NCBI GenBank assembly: GCA_963677495.2
Contig: CAXXOU010000003.1
Span: 128,001-192,000, forward strand
Direction of reading: 5' to 3'
DNA: 64,000 nt
Source of the DNA: Candidatus Cloacimonadales bacterium
Lineage (GTDB): Bacteria > Cloacimonadota > Cloacimonadia > Cloacimonadales > JAFGVF01
Position 1 is the first letter of the stretch; each line of letters begins with the position of its first letter. A model generated the notes under the pieces. It was given only the letters and a program-made list of their open reading frames with translations. It was not told the DNA's origin and made no database searches. The translations under genes and the position numbers were made by a program. Below, one piece after another: positions 29,291-38,816 of the stretch.

Positions 29291-31351
29291 CTATTTAAGC
29301 AACATTGCTTTTGTTACACCTTCATAATCTGATGTTACCATACGAATAAAGTAAACACCACCGGCAACTGATTTATCGGCTTCATCTTTACCATTCCATT
29401 CTTCGTAATAGAGACCATCGTCATAGTTTTTGTTAACAAGTTCTTTAACCATTCTTCCTCGAACATCATATATTCTAATATTAACATGATCTGATTCCAC
29501 GAGGTTAAATGAGACCCTAGTTGTTGGGTTAAATGGGTTAGGATAGCAAGCATTAATCTTAGTAATTTCAGCAACTACAGGAGGGCCACTTTGAGAACCA
29601 TCACTTAAATCTGCAACAACAGGTCCGAAGAGATGAGTAGCACCATCTATATCAACGCATTCTAACCAATACCAATATTTGTAGCCTTCAATGACTTCGA
29701 TGTCGTTGAAAGTATAAGTTCTTTGTGTACTCTGTGTTGAAGTTGGTTCTGTTATCATTGAATGGAACTTCTCTGAAACATTCCAATCATCTGCTGCTGC
29801 ACGATAAATATAATATCCGCTCACTCCATTTTCAGTCTCTGTCACCCAAGTTAGTGTAACATCATCGTTTGAAGTAGTTACAGCATTGAATAGAGATAGT
29901 TCTACAGGTAATACTGTACCATCATCTTCACTTCCAAGAGTCCAATCACCAAATTTAGTGTTATTGTATTCACCATTCACAGTGAAATCACTAGCACCAA
30001 TAGTTGCTTTAATAACATGCTCTAAATCTGCATTTGCTTCATCAATAGTTGAAGTACAGTAGATATAAGAAGTTGTAGCATTAATTTCTTGAGCTAAACC
30101 AGTCCATGCTAATACACTGTTATAACTCTTGTTTGAGCCAATCTGAGTAGCTGTAGAAGTTGAGAAAGTTGTAGATGAGCTATGCCAGATCTTAAAACTA
30201 GCTGAGTTAAAATCTGCAGAAACAGCTGTTCCACTTAGGTTAACATTTAAAGCCGTTAAGTTTGTTGCACCCATATTAGTATTAACATCTGCTCTAAAGA
30301 ATGGCATATCGTTACCAACACCCATTGTTGGATAAACCATATAGTGTCCTTCAATAGCAGGCTCTAAGTATTTATCTGTTAAAGCACAACCATCAAAATC
30401 GATATCTTCATCCATTGTAATAGCATCACTAGCAACTGATAAATCTATTTTATCAGTATAATCAACTGTTTCACTTAGCTTAGCACAACAGAAAACATAT
30501 CCACCTGATGTATCGATTTCTTGAGTTAATCCTGTAAATGCCATTGAAGAACTATAGTTTTGTCCAGAGCCAAGCTGCGTATCTGTAGCCTCAGAGAATG
30601 TTGCATCTTCACTCCAGAAAATACCGAAACCATTTGATGCAAAGTCAGTTGCTGAAGCAGTACCTGATGAAGTATATGTAATAGAATTTAACTCAGCAGT
30701 ACCAGTATTAGTTACAAAGTTTAGATAACTGATAGGCTGCCAATCAAGATCTTGATATCCTAACAATGGCTGTCCGGCGTTAACTTCAGTACCAGTTATT
30801 GTTGTTTCAACTGTTGTTGATTCAATATTGATATACTCTCTCCAACCTGTATCAGGTGTTCCTGAAGGGACAGGATAAGAAGCACTAATTTGGTAATAAG
30901 ATGAGTTTCTCTGTCCTTGAGTCGTGTCAAAATCTTGGTTCTCACCATAGAGACCGAACATCAACTGAAATGACTGTGAGTTTGTTGCAGGAGTAGGTAG
31001 TACGAAATCAAATGTAGCTGTTTGATCATTTCCTGAAACACCACTACTTGTAAAGTTAGATACAGATACACCTGCAGAAGAGATGTATGTTCCAGCTCCA
31101 GGTTCAGTTGAACTGTACCAATAGATTCTTACTTTATCTAAATTAGTACCACTATAATATGGTCCCTGAATACTTTCCATTAGACTTGGATCATATTGAA
31201 CCTTTACACTAATAGTTTCTCCGCCGATTGCTAATGTATCTGCAGTTCCAGCACTGCCATGAAGTCCAATCCAATCAATTGAAATAGATTGTGCAAACAT
31301 TGCACTGCTAACCAATAACAGTAAAATCAATAAAAAATACCCTTTCTTCAT
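29291..31351 (-). CDS. secreted protein with internal duplication, LPVELS motif and FlgD-like C-terminal domain
   Basis: Signal peptide; two similar SGTA..DF...I..S...TFS..T.TQ.GS units; CYPNPFNPTT...GGVYFIRM. Confidence 0.85.
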   Translation of the reverse strand: MKKGYFLLILLLLVSSAMFAQSISIDWIGLHGSAGTADTLAIGGETISVKVQYDPSLMESIQGPYYSGTNLDKVRIYWYSSTEPGAGTYISSAGVSVSNFTSSGVSGNDQTATFDFVLPTPATNSQSFQLMFGLYGENQDFDTTQGQRNSSYYQISASYPVPSGTPDTGWREYINIESTTVETTITGTEVNAGQPLLGYQDLDWQPISYLNFVTNTGTAELNSITYTSSGTASATDFASNGFGIFWSEDATFSEATDTQLGSGQNYSSSMAFTGLTQEIDTSGGYVFCCAKLSETVDYTDKIDLSVASDAITMDEDIDFDGCALTDKYLEPAIEGHYMVYPTMGVGNDMPFFRADVNTNMGATNLTALNVNLSGTAVSADFNSASFKIWHSSSTTFSTSTATQIGSNKSYNSVLAWTGLAQEINATTSYIYCTSTIDEANADLEHVIKATIGASDFTVNGEYNNTKFGDWTLGSEDDGTVLPVELSLFNAVTTSNDDVTLTWVTETENGVSGYYIYRAAADDWNVSEKFHSMITEPTSTQSTQRTYTFNDIEVIEGYKYWYWLECVDIDGATHLFGPVVADLSDGSQSGPPVVAEITKINACYPNPFNPTTRVSFNLVESDHVNIRIYDVRGRMVKELVNKNYDDGLYYEEWNGKDEADKSVAGGVYFIRMVTSDYEGVTKAMLLK

Positions 31352-31602
31352 ACGATTACCGTCCTTTTTTCATTCTTAATTTTTCCTAAAATTTATTCAA
31401 TAACACTTCTTTTCTACTTAGCTAAAGAGAAAAACTCCTTCACAATAAGCAAATTATTTCCTTTTTGAATTTTTGCCAAGTAATTTCTTTCTCTTTCATG
31501 AAACTATTCTAATCAAATTTCTATATCCCCCCATAAATAAAGCTTTCCCTTAATTTTCCTTTACACAAACTTTATTTACTATTCTTTGTGTTTGAGGTTT
31601 AT

Positions 31603-32489
31603 ATGCACATTTATATGATTTATAATTTTCAAGCAGGAAATATGAAAGCAAAAAAACTCTTTGATAAAGTTTCGAAGCTTTTAGCTAAGGAGCAAATTAC
31701 CTATACTCTTTTTATCCCAAGATACCACAAACATGCAATCGAAGAGGTTAGTTTTTTAGAACTATCGACATTTGATGCAATTGTAGCTGCAGGTGGAGAT
31801 GGTACTTTCTTTGAAGTTATAAATGGGTACATGCATAATAAATCACCGAAGAAACCTCCGATAGGATTCATACCCTTAGGCACTGGAAATGCCTTTTCAA
31901 GGAGTTTTTCCCGGGGAAAGATGCTATAGTTAAAGCAGTTAAAGCAATTGTTAGAAACAATCCACAGCATATTGACATTATGAAATCATCAAATATTAAG
32001 GAAACCTTTTACTTCATCGGGGTAACGGGCTTCGGATTGCTAACATCAGCTACTCTTAAAGGTAAAAGTTTTAAAAGACTTGGATCTTTCGCATATGTTC
32101 TAGCAGGTATCATCACACTCTTTTCTCACAAAGCAGTAGACATAAGCTTAGAGTTAGGTGGGACAATTATCAAAACAACTTCATTACTTCTAGCTTGCTC
32201 AAACACAACTTATATCTCAAATCTTATGATTGCACCAAAAGCTTCTTATATAGATGGACTTATAGATATCGTTAACATAAAGAATATGAGTAAGTTTAAA
32301 CTACTTAGATTCATACCATCAGCTTATACCGGCAAACACATTAAGCATGAAGAAGTTGAATATTACAAAGCTTCAAAAGTCAGAATCATTTCAACTCCCC
32401 CACTAATCCCTTCACCGGATGGTGAGTTTGTAGACGAAACACCCATTACCATTGAATGTTTAAAGCAACTTCTACCTGTACTTGTTTAA
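31603..32489 (+). pseudogene. diacylglycerol kinase-family (YegS/BmrU-like) lipid kinase split by a 1-nt frameshift
   Basis: AGGDGT and IPLGTGNAF in ORF1; adding one base near 31900 gives ...FFPGKDAIVKAVKAIVRNNPQHIDIMK, joining ORF2 (APKASYIDG, DGE). Confidence 0.85.
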
Positions 32490-33271
32490 TCCTCAACTGA
32501 GTTGATAAGAATCGCGAAATACTCTTCTAGAGCATCTACCTCTCTCCAAGGTTCATGGCCACAATTATCAAGTAAGTAAAATTCATAATCTAATCCTAAA
32601 TCTGATATAGGAAAATAAACTCCCTCCCAAGGATGAGGATCCCAATCACCATGAATAATTACAATGGGACAGGTCACTTTCTCAAGCGACTTCATTAAAC
32701 TACCATCTCTTCTTATTTCAGCTGCTTCTTCCCAGACCTTCACATGTATCTCTGAGCTAAATCCTTCAGCAGGATAGGATTCAGTAATTGCATTATAATT
32801 ATCACCTTTACAAGAAAGATAAGCGTACTCCAAGAGTAAGTCATCTTTGTTATGGCCAGACTCAGACTTAAGTTGTTGTTTTAACTCAGCTACAGTTACT
32901 CTTTCCTCATCAGTTAATCGTGACAATCGAGTCGGAGTTATTGACTCTGCATATTTCGCTATAAAGGGGCCACTACAAACTAAGTAAAGCTTCTTTACTA
33001 ACTCAGGATAACGTTCCGCAAGCAATAAAACCAGCCAAGCACCCCAGGAATGCCCAACTGCATGGACCTTACCATCAGCCTGTTCACGAATCACTTGAGC
33101 CAACTCCTCAATCTGTGCATCAACACTATCTACAGTTTGAATTGCTTCAATTACACCTTTAGTCTTGGATAGCTCAACTGCTGTTGCTCGCATTCCACCA
33201 AAAGCTCCGGGTCCACCATGAACAACGACTATTTCATAAGGTGCATCTCCATGTAACATATAATTCTTCAT
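32486..33271 (-). CDS. alpha/beta hydrolase
   Basis: HGGPG, GHSWG, HGDWD, CGHEPW. Confidence 0.9.
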   Translation of the reverse strand: MKNYMLHGDAPYEIVVVHGGPGAFGGMRATAVELSKTKGVIEAIQTVDSVDAQIEELAQVIREQADGKVHAVGHSWGAWLVLLLAERYPELVKKLYLVCSGPFIAKYAESITPTRLSRLTDEERVTVAELKQQLKSESGHNKDDLLLEYAYLSCKGDNYNAITESYPAEGFSSEIHVKVWEEAAEIRRDGSLMKSLEKVTCPIVIIHGDWDPHPWEGVYFPISDLGLDYEFYLLDNCGHEPWREVDALEEYFAILINSVED

Positions 33272-33371
33272 ATATTATCCCCTATATTCTCTTTACAGAT
33301 ATCAATTAAAATTTTTATTGCCAGAGTTAGTTTCAAAACAATAATGATTTTGAAAAGGAAATTATTACGTC

Positions 33372-34451
33372 ATGGTTTTTAGTTATTATCTTACAAAAAT
33401 CCCATATTGCCTAACTTGGTACACTCTAAAACTTTTTCGAATAAAGAAAATGGGATACTTCTACTGTGGGGATGAGCTTGATTTGGAGATTTTTAAGTCA
33501 GTTCAAAGACACCTACAACCACTCCCGGTTATCGCAAAGAATAAGCAAATTCAATCGGACTTGGAAGGTTTGGGGATTAAATCTACTCTCCTACCTAAGT
33601 TCCCTGATTTTGTAATTATGACACGTCATGCTGCCCACAAATTCCCTTGCAATAAGATAACAAGAATCGGAATGCGACATGGACCTTATCATTTCAAAAA
33701 GTTCACAAATGCAAGTAATTATAATATGTTTGATGTGTTCTTCATGACTAGTTCAGAAGATGTGAGACATGGTGCTAAGATAGGAATTAAAAGTGCTATC
33801 GGTATGGGTTATCCTAAACTCGACTGTGCTTTTGATGGGACTTACAATACTGAAACCATATCCGATTTCAAGACAAAAAATAGGATTATTTCACACAAGA
33901 AGACACTCTTATTCTCCGCAACTTGGGAAGGTTCCGGTATGTCTGCTGTTGATAAATGGGCTAAGCAACTTGGCAAACTAACTGAAAAATACAATGTACT
34001 TGTAACTCTCCACCCATGGGTTAGCAAGGAATATAAAGATATTATCTCCTCAACAAAAGGAGTTACCCTAATCAAGGATAAAAACCTGGCTCCATGGATT
34101 ATGTCATCAGATATTTGCATTGGAGACACATCCTCTGTTTTAGCTGAGTTCTCAGCTCTTGGGAAACCTGTTATTACATTTAGAGTAGAGCAAGCTAACC
34201 GTCTTACAAATGAGATTATTGAACTCCTAGATTCCTTTACATACAGGGTAGACACATTCGAAGAACTAAGAGCCAAACTACGTGATTTAAGGAACGAAGA
34301 TCCTTTAAAGAGAGCTAGAACTCAAGCCAACGCAGTTATGTTTAACCATCTGGACGGCACTGCAGGCCTTCGAATTGCATCAGCCATTGTGAAACTCATT
34401 CCAGAGTTAAAGCTTCCTGAAATAGATTACTTCTTAGAGAATGTTGATTGA
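33372..34451 (+). CDS. CDP-glycerol glycerophosphotransferase (TagB/TagF)-like protein
   Basis: GYPKLD, LFSATW, LHP, IGDTSSV..EF...GKPVI. Confidence 0.8.
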   Translation: MVFSYYLTKIPYCLTWYTLKLFRIKKMGYFYCGDELDLEIFKSVQRHLQPLPVIAKNKQIQSDLEGLGIKSTLLPKFPDFVIMTRHAAHKFPCNKITRIGMRHGPYHFKKFTNASNYNMFDVFFMTSSEDVRHGAKIGIKSAIGMGYPKLDCAFDGTYNTETISDFKTKNRIISHKKTLLFSATWEGSGMSAVDKWAKQLGKLTEKYNVLVTLHPWVSKEYKDIISSTKGVTLIKDKNLAPWIMSSDICIGDTSSVLAEFSALGKPVITFRVEQANRLTNEIIELLDSFTYRVDTFEELRAKLRDLRNEDPLKRARTQANAVMFNHLDGTAGLRIASAIVKLIPELKLPEIDYFLENVD

Positions 34452-35130
34452 TACTCACTGCCATCTTTGCAGCTTTCCTAATCCTATGGAGATACTTAAA
34501 GAAGCATCTGACAACAATGTATCTGAGATTATCTCTATTTCATTGAACAGAACGGAACTTGATACTACGCTACGACTAAAATCAGATATGGTTAAACTCT
34601 ATGCAGGTGTACATCCTTTCTACAAAGAGAGTAACCATGATTTCATCAATCAGCTCCCATCTTTACTTAAAAATGGCATAATCCAAGGTATTGGTGAAAT
34701 TGGGCTTGATGCTAGAAATGCTGATATTGAGTGGCAGAAAAAGATACTTCTTACGCAATTGGACATTGCAAACCAATATGATGTTCCTGTTTCATTCCAC
34801 TGCATAAAACAGTATTATCAACTAGCTAAACTGCTTAAAGAGAACTTCCCGAATATCAGTGGTACTATTCATGGCTTTATCGGTAATAGTGAGATGTATC
34901 ATCTCTTCGATTCTTTCGATATAAAGTTTGGTATTAACACGGGAGTTTTAAACTCCCCCAAAACAATGAAAGTTTATAGTAAATCATGTAATCTTTCAAG
35001 ATTTGTACTTGAAACAGATGCTCCATACACGCATAATCATTCTTATCCAATGGATAAACATCCATACTATTACTTTTCCAAATTTATCGAGTCTCTATTT
35101 ATAAATTTTAACCTTAACATCGCTGATTAA
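34441..35130 (+). CDS. TatD-family hydrolase
   Basis: DTHCH, GVHP, IGEIGLD, ETDAP; C-terminus looks short. Confidence 0.88.
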   Translation: MLIDTHCHLCSFPNPMEILKEASDNNVSEIISISLNRTELDTTLRLKSDMVKLYAGVHPFYKESNHDFINQLPSLLKNGIIQGIGEIGLDARNADIEWQKKILLTQLDIANQYDVPVSFHCIKQYYQLAKLLKENFPNISGTIHGFIGNSEMYHLFDSFDIKFGINTGVLNSPKTMKVYSKSCNLSRFVLETDAPYTHNHSYPMDKHPYYYFSKFIESLFINFNLNIAD

Positions 35131-35159
35131 ATCATTGTAATAATGCAAACCAGGGCATT

Positions 35160-36540
35160 GAGAAAATTCCGGTTAGGCACATCTGAAGGTTTTTACAGCT
35201 TGAATCACAATTTATCATTGGTGTCATAGCGAGTTTCAGGTTTCTCAAAGGAAATTGTCAGAATGAAGTTTACGAGCGGGAACGGACTTCTTTGAGAAAT
35301 CTGAAATATGTTGAATTCATAGGTAGTCTACGAGTTGGACTCATAGTGATGAGACCCTACCCTTTTTTTGGGGGTACATGACCCCGGGTTCACAAAACCC
35401 GGGCTACTCATATTCAGCCCATTTAGGGCTAGAAAGTAGTGCAAGTACTTCACTTGTAAGGAACTCTCTTATTTTGATTTAGCCTTGAAGAGGTGTCTGT
35501 TCAATAGCCACATGTTTTGCATGTGGTGATGTAATAAAAGAAGATTGTAGCCCTATAGGGGCAATGATTAACACATTTGAGCTCTTACGCCCCTTCAGGG
35601 CTAAAACAATGTCCGATATCTTTAACCCCAAGCGACAAGTTGTCGCATGGGGCTATTAAGCAATCGCTCTTTCAGAGCTGGAAGGTAGATCAACATTGCA
35701 AGTAAAATTGTAGGGCATGCAGCTTGCCTGCCCACAGTTCAAAAGAGCTGTATTCCCTGCAACAGAACCTGATTATAACCACTAAAGAGCTTTAGTAATT
35801 TATACCAATTAACGTCAGTGGAAGAGCTTAGCAGCGCTAAGCGGACAAGCTGGGAGCATGTCCTACAGGTTATTCCGTAGGGGCTTAACATCTTAAGCCC
35901 TCAGATGTATCCACATTATACTTATAAATTTGCATTCAACCGGATACTGAATCAGCTAACTTGGGCACAAGTTGTTGTGCCCCTACGAAAAGTTCGACGT
36001 GTTACTTCGAAGTGCATTGTATGATATCAGACTTCTTGCTTGAAAACAAGCTTTCCTCATGATGCTCTCCCGCTATGCTCCCGAATATTCGGATAAACTT
36101 CGATAAACTTTCGATACTGTTACGGAAAACTTTGGCATTTGCCTAAGATTTCCCTAAGAGGTGCTAAGATACACCTAGGTTATCCCTAAGAATTATTCCA
36201 GTGCGTAGAGGGGGAGATATGGGTAAATACCCACATAGCAGAAATTAGTCGGGTGCATGTCTACCGAATGTGAAGTATCCACACGTGCTCCTCCCCCTGA
36301 CCACTCGGGGACCTCCCCCGCCTACCCCCGAGAGGCCTTCGGGAGGCTCGGGAGCAAAGTAGGTGTGGATATCAGACTTTCAATAGAGATCTAACAGAAT
36401 AAAACGAGTGACCCTTTAAGGGCATCTCAACATCATTTAACCATCATCGCTCTGTTACAATTATCATTCATCTCGAATGAGACACCTGTTGAATCCCTAT
36501 TGAAATGTTGTTATTCTTTAACAGGTTATAGACTCGAATT
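35160..36540. repeat. 1.4 kb non-coding mosaic of REP/REPIN/MITE-like palindromes
   Basis: No credible ORF; GTAG...CTAC doublets at 35709-35867 and 35876-35987; inverted element 35481-35679 with gccccttcagggct; IR 35233-35308; cccgggtt/aacccggg. Confidence 0.8.
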
Positions 36541-36774
36541 TGATAAGATTGAAATATCTGATGAATAATAATTATAGCAGTGCTGTAGCAGTTTACCAAT
36601 CTGGGGAGTCCTTTCTCCCCTTAGTTTGTTTTTTATCTTATTCAGTAAAACTGAGAATAGTTCTGAGAGGACTTTCAAGCGCTTTGCGAAGGGGATATAA
36701 CTCCTTTAAAATAGTGTTACACATTCAGTTCCCAGAAAATTTTTGGGAAGAAAATGAGAAAAAGCTTGACGGAT

Positions 36775-36790
36775 AGTTCGATATAGAACT
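36775..36790. promoter_or_regulatory. putative MarR operator AGTTC-N6-GAACT (copy 1)
   Basis: Palindrome next to TTGACG upstream of marR; near-copy at 37248. Confidence 0.7.
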
Positions 36791-36799
36791 TATGGAGTC

Positions 36800-37231
36800 A
36801 TGAATAAGAATTACTCAAGCACGATTGCTCTGATATCAGAGATTAAAGAAAATGCAAATCGGTTTATTGTGAACCGATTGAAGGAAGTGGGAGTTGAAGG
36901 ACTCGTAGCTTCTCATGGATCCATACTTGTACTTCTGTATAAGAAAGGTCCTTGCAGAATGAATGATATCGCAAAGGCAATCAAGCGAAAGAAGAATACA
37001 GTCACAACCCTGATAACCAAGCTCGTTAACTACGGTTATGTGGAAGTTTTGGCTGACCCTTCCGATAGTAGAGTAAAAGTTGTGACCCTAACAGCAAAGG
37101 GAATGGATATTAAAGCTGACTTCTTTGGCATAGCCGAGGAGTTAATTGAGAAAACTTATGCAGGTATCGAAGAGGATAGAAGGGAAGAGTTCGCAGCAGT
37201 GCTATCAAAAATCAGAGATAACCTAGCATAA
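36800..37231 (+). CDS. MarR-family transcriptional regulator
   Basis: SHGSIL, KNTVTTLITKL...GYV, DSRVKVVTLT.KG. Confidence 0.93.
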   Translation: MNKNYSSTIALISEIKENANRFIVNRLKEVGVEGLVASHGSILVLLYKKGPCRMNDIAKAIKRKKNTVTTLITKLVNYGYVEVLADPSDSRVKVVTLTAKGMDIKADFFGIAEELIEKTYAGIEEDRREEFAAVLSKIRDNLA

Positions 37232-37247
37232 AAAAATTTAAGAGAAA

Positions 37248-37263
37248 GGTTCGACATAGAACT
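37248..37263. promoter_or_regulatory. putative MarR operator (copy 2)
   Basis: ggttcgacatagaact upstream of the next gene. Confidence 0.65.
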
Positions 37264-37276
37264 AAAGGGGTGTACA

Positions 37277-38101
37277 ATGAGAAGAATTATTCTAGTATTA
37301 ATCACAATACTAATTATAAGTAAATTAACAGGAGTTGAAATGAAAGGACAAATAGTTACAGCTGAGACAGAAGGAATTAAGATTCATAGCTATATCGGAT
37401 ATAGTGGAGATGTGTCAAACATAATTGAAACCGTAGATGCACTTATTCTGCTTGATGAACAACCAACTTTATCTGCCGGCAAAGAGCTTAGAGAGTATAT
37501 TAATGGATTAAACAAACCCCTAACTGATGTGATTATTCCAAGTCATGGAATCGGAATAAATGACTTCGGTGTTGAAGTTCTCGGAACAAAACCAATGCTT
37601 CAGTTCATCGAAAGTGGAGCGGCTAGCGGTTTCATCGAAGCATTTACTCAGAGATTTGGTGAGGATATGAACACAAATCTTCTTACTTTGAAACCTACTT
37701 TGGTAGAAGGAGAGAACAAGATTGGCAACTTGAAAGTAAGGGTAAAAACACATGTTAAGGATTATCCACCATGCTCTGATCTCTACTTCCTTGATGGGAA
37801 AGTTGTGTTTACTCATTTAGCTGCAAATCACACCCATCTGCTTATGTCCAACCCCGAAGAAGTGAATGAACTAACCAAGTTCTGGGAAAGCATTCAAGAC
37901 GCGGAATATGTTATGTCATCACACTTCGGTGTTATCGGCAAGGATGGTATTGTATATACATTAGAGTATGTAAAGAAAGCAGCAGAAGTATATAATAGTG
38001 CTGAATCCAAAGAGATGTTTATGCAGAAGATGGGTGAAGCATATCCCGATGCCGGACTTGATTTCTTTCTAGGAATGACAGCGGATAATTTCTATAAGTA
38101 G
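37277..38101 (+). CDS. hypothetical protein, possibly degenerate metallo-beta-lactamase fold
   Basis: Long ORF with RBS; His-containing motifs (PSHG, THL, SSH); N-terminal hydrophobic stretch. Confidence 0.6.
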   Translation: MRRIILVLITILIISKLTGVEMKGQIVTAETEGIKIHSYIGYSGDVSNIIETVDALILLDEQPTLSAGKELREYINGLNKPLTDVIIPSHGIGINDFGVEVLGTKPMLQFIESGAASGFIEAFTQRFGEDMNTNLLTLKPTLVEGENKIGNLKVRVKTHVKDYPPCSDLYFLDGKVVFTHLAANHTHLLMSNPEEVNELTKFWESIQDAEYVMSSHFGVIGKDGIVYTLEYVKKAAEVYNSAESKEMFMQKMGEAYPDAGLDFFLGMTADNFYK

Positions 38102-38118
38102 CAGTATAGATTTAGAGG

Positions 38119-38148
38119 AAGCCTTCTGCAAATGCAGAGGGCTTTTTT
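38119..38148 (+). terminator. rho-independent terminator
   Basis: gccttctgca-aa-tgcagagggc followed by T-run. Confidence 0.75.
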
Positions 38149-38205
38149 GCATTCAGATAAAGGAATAGCTAGAATTATCTTGACTGTATAGGAAGACCCT
38201 ACAGA

Positions 38206-38219
38206 ACTGACCAGTCAGT
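38206..38219. promoter_or_regulatory. putative TetR operator ACTGAC-CA-GTCAGT
   Basis: Perfect 6-bp inverted repeat between TTGACT and the RBS of tetR. Confidence 0.7.
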
Positions 38220-38237
38220 ACTAAAGAGGAGCTAGAC

Positions 38238-38816
38238 ATGGCTAAAGATAAACGAGAAGCAATCTTGAAAGCAGCGGAGAAGATAATTAAAACTAAGCGT
38301 TTCCATGAAGTAAAAGTTGAAGATATTGCAACAGAAGCAGGTGTCGGAAAAGGCACAATTTATAGATATTTCAAGGATAAAGAAGAGCTTTATCTTGAAG
38401 TTGCTTTTGATGGTTTTATTTACATCACTGAGAAGTTGAATACTCTCTCACGTAAAGAGCTTAGTTTTACTGCAAAGCTACTTGAGATGTCTACCTGCTT
38501 CGAGAAGTTTGCAACCGGAAGAAGACCTGTTATGCGTGTTATGGATGAGATTCTTAACTTCGATAAAAGATTGGCAAAGTGTTATCGAACCCGACTTAGA
38601 GAACTCAAACGTGAGAACCGGGGAGCATTCAGGACACTCTTTCAGCAGGGACTGGATAACGATATTCTGCTCTTGGATATTACTGCTGCCCAGTATGCTG
38701 AATATTGGATTCATCAACTCATCGGCTTATCACATTTCCCTTCTGATGTTGAGAGAGTACCACTTGAAAAGCTGATTAAGTTACATTTGGGATATAACTA
38801 TGACAGCAATGAATGA
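38238..38816 (+). CDS. TetR/AcrR-family regulator
   Basis: VEDIATEAGVGKGTIYRYFKDKEEL. Confidence 0.95.
   Translation: MAKDKREAILKAAEKIIKTKRFHEVKVEDIATEAGVGKGTIYRYFKDKEELYLEVAFDGFIYITEKLNTLSRKELSFTAKLLEMSTCFEKFATGRRPVMRVMDEILNFDKRLAKCYRTRLRELKRENRGAFRTLFQQGLDNDILLLDITAAQYAEYWIHQLIGLSHFPSDVERVPLEKLIKLHLGYNYDSNE

Noticed and set aside
36540..36776. 78-aa ORF upstream of marR
   Set aside because: TTG start, no RBS, overlaps repeat tract and promoter
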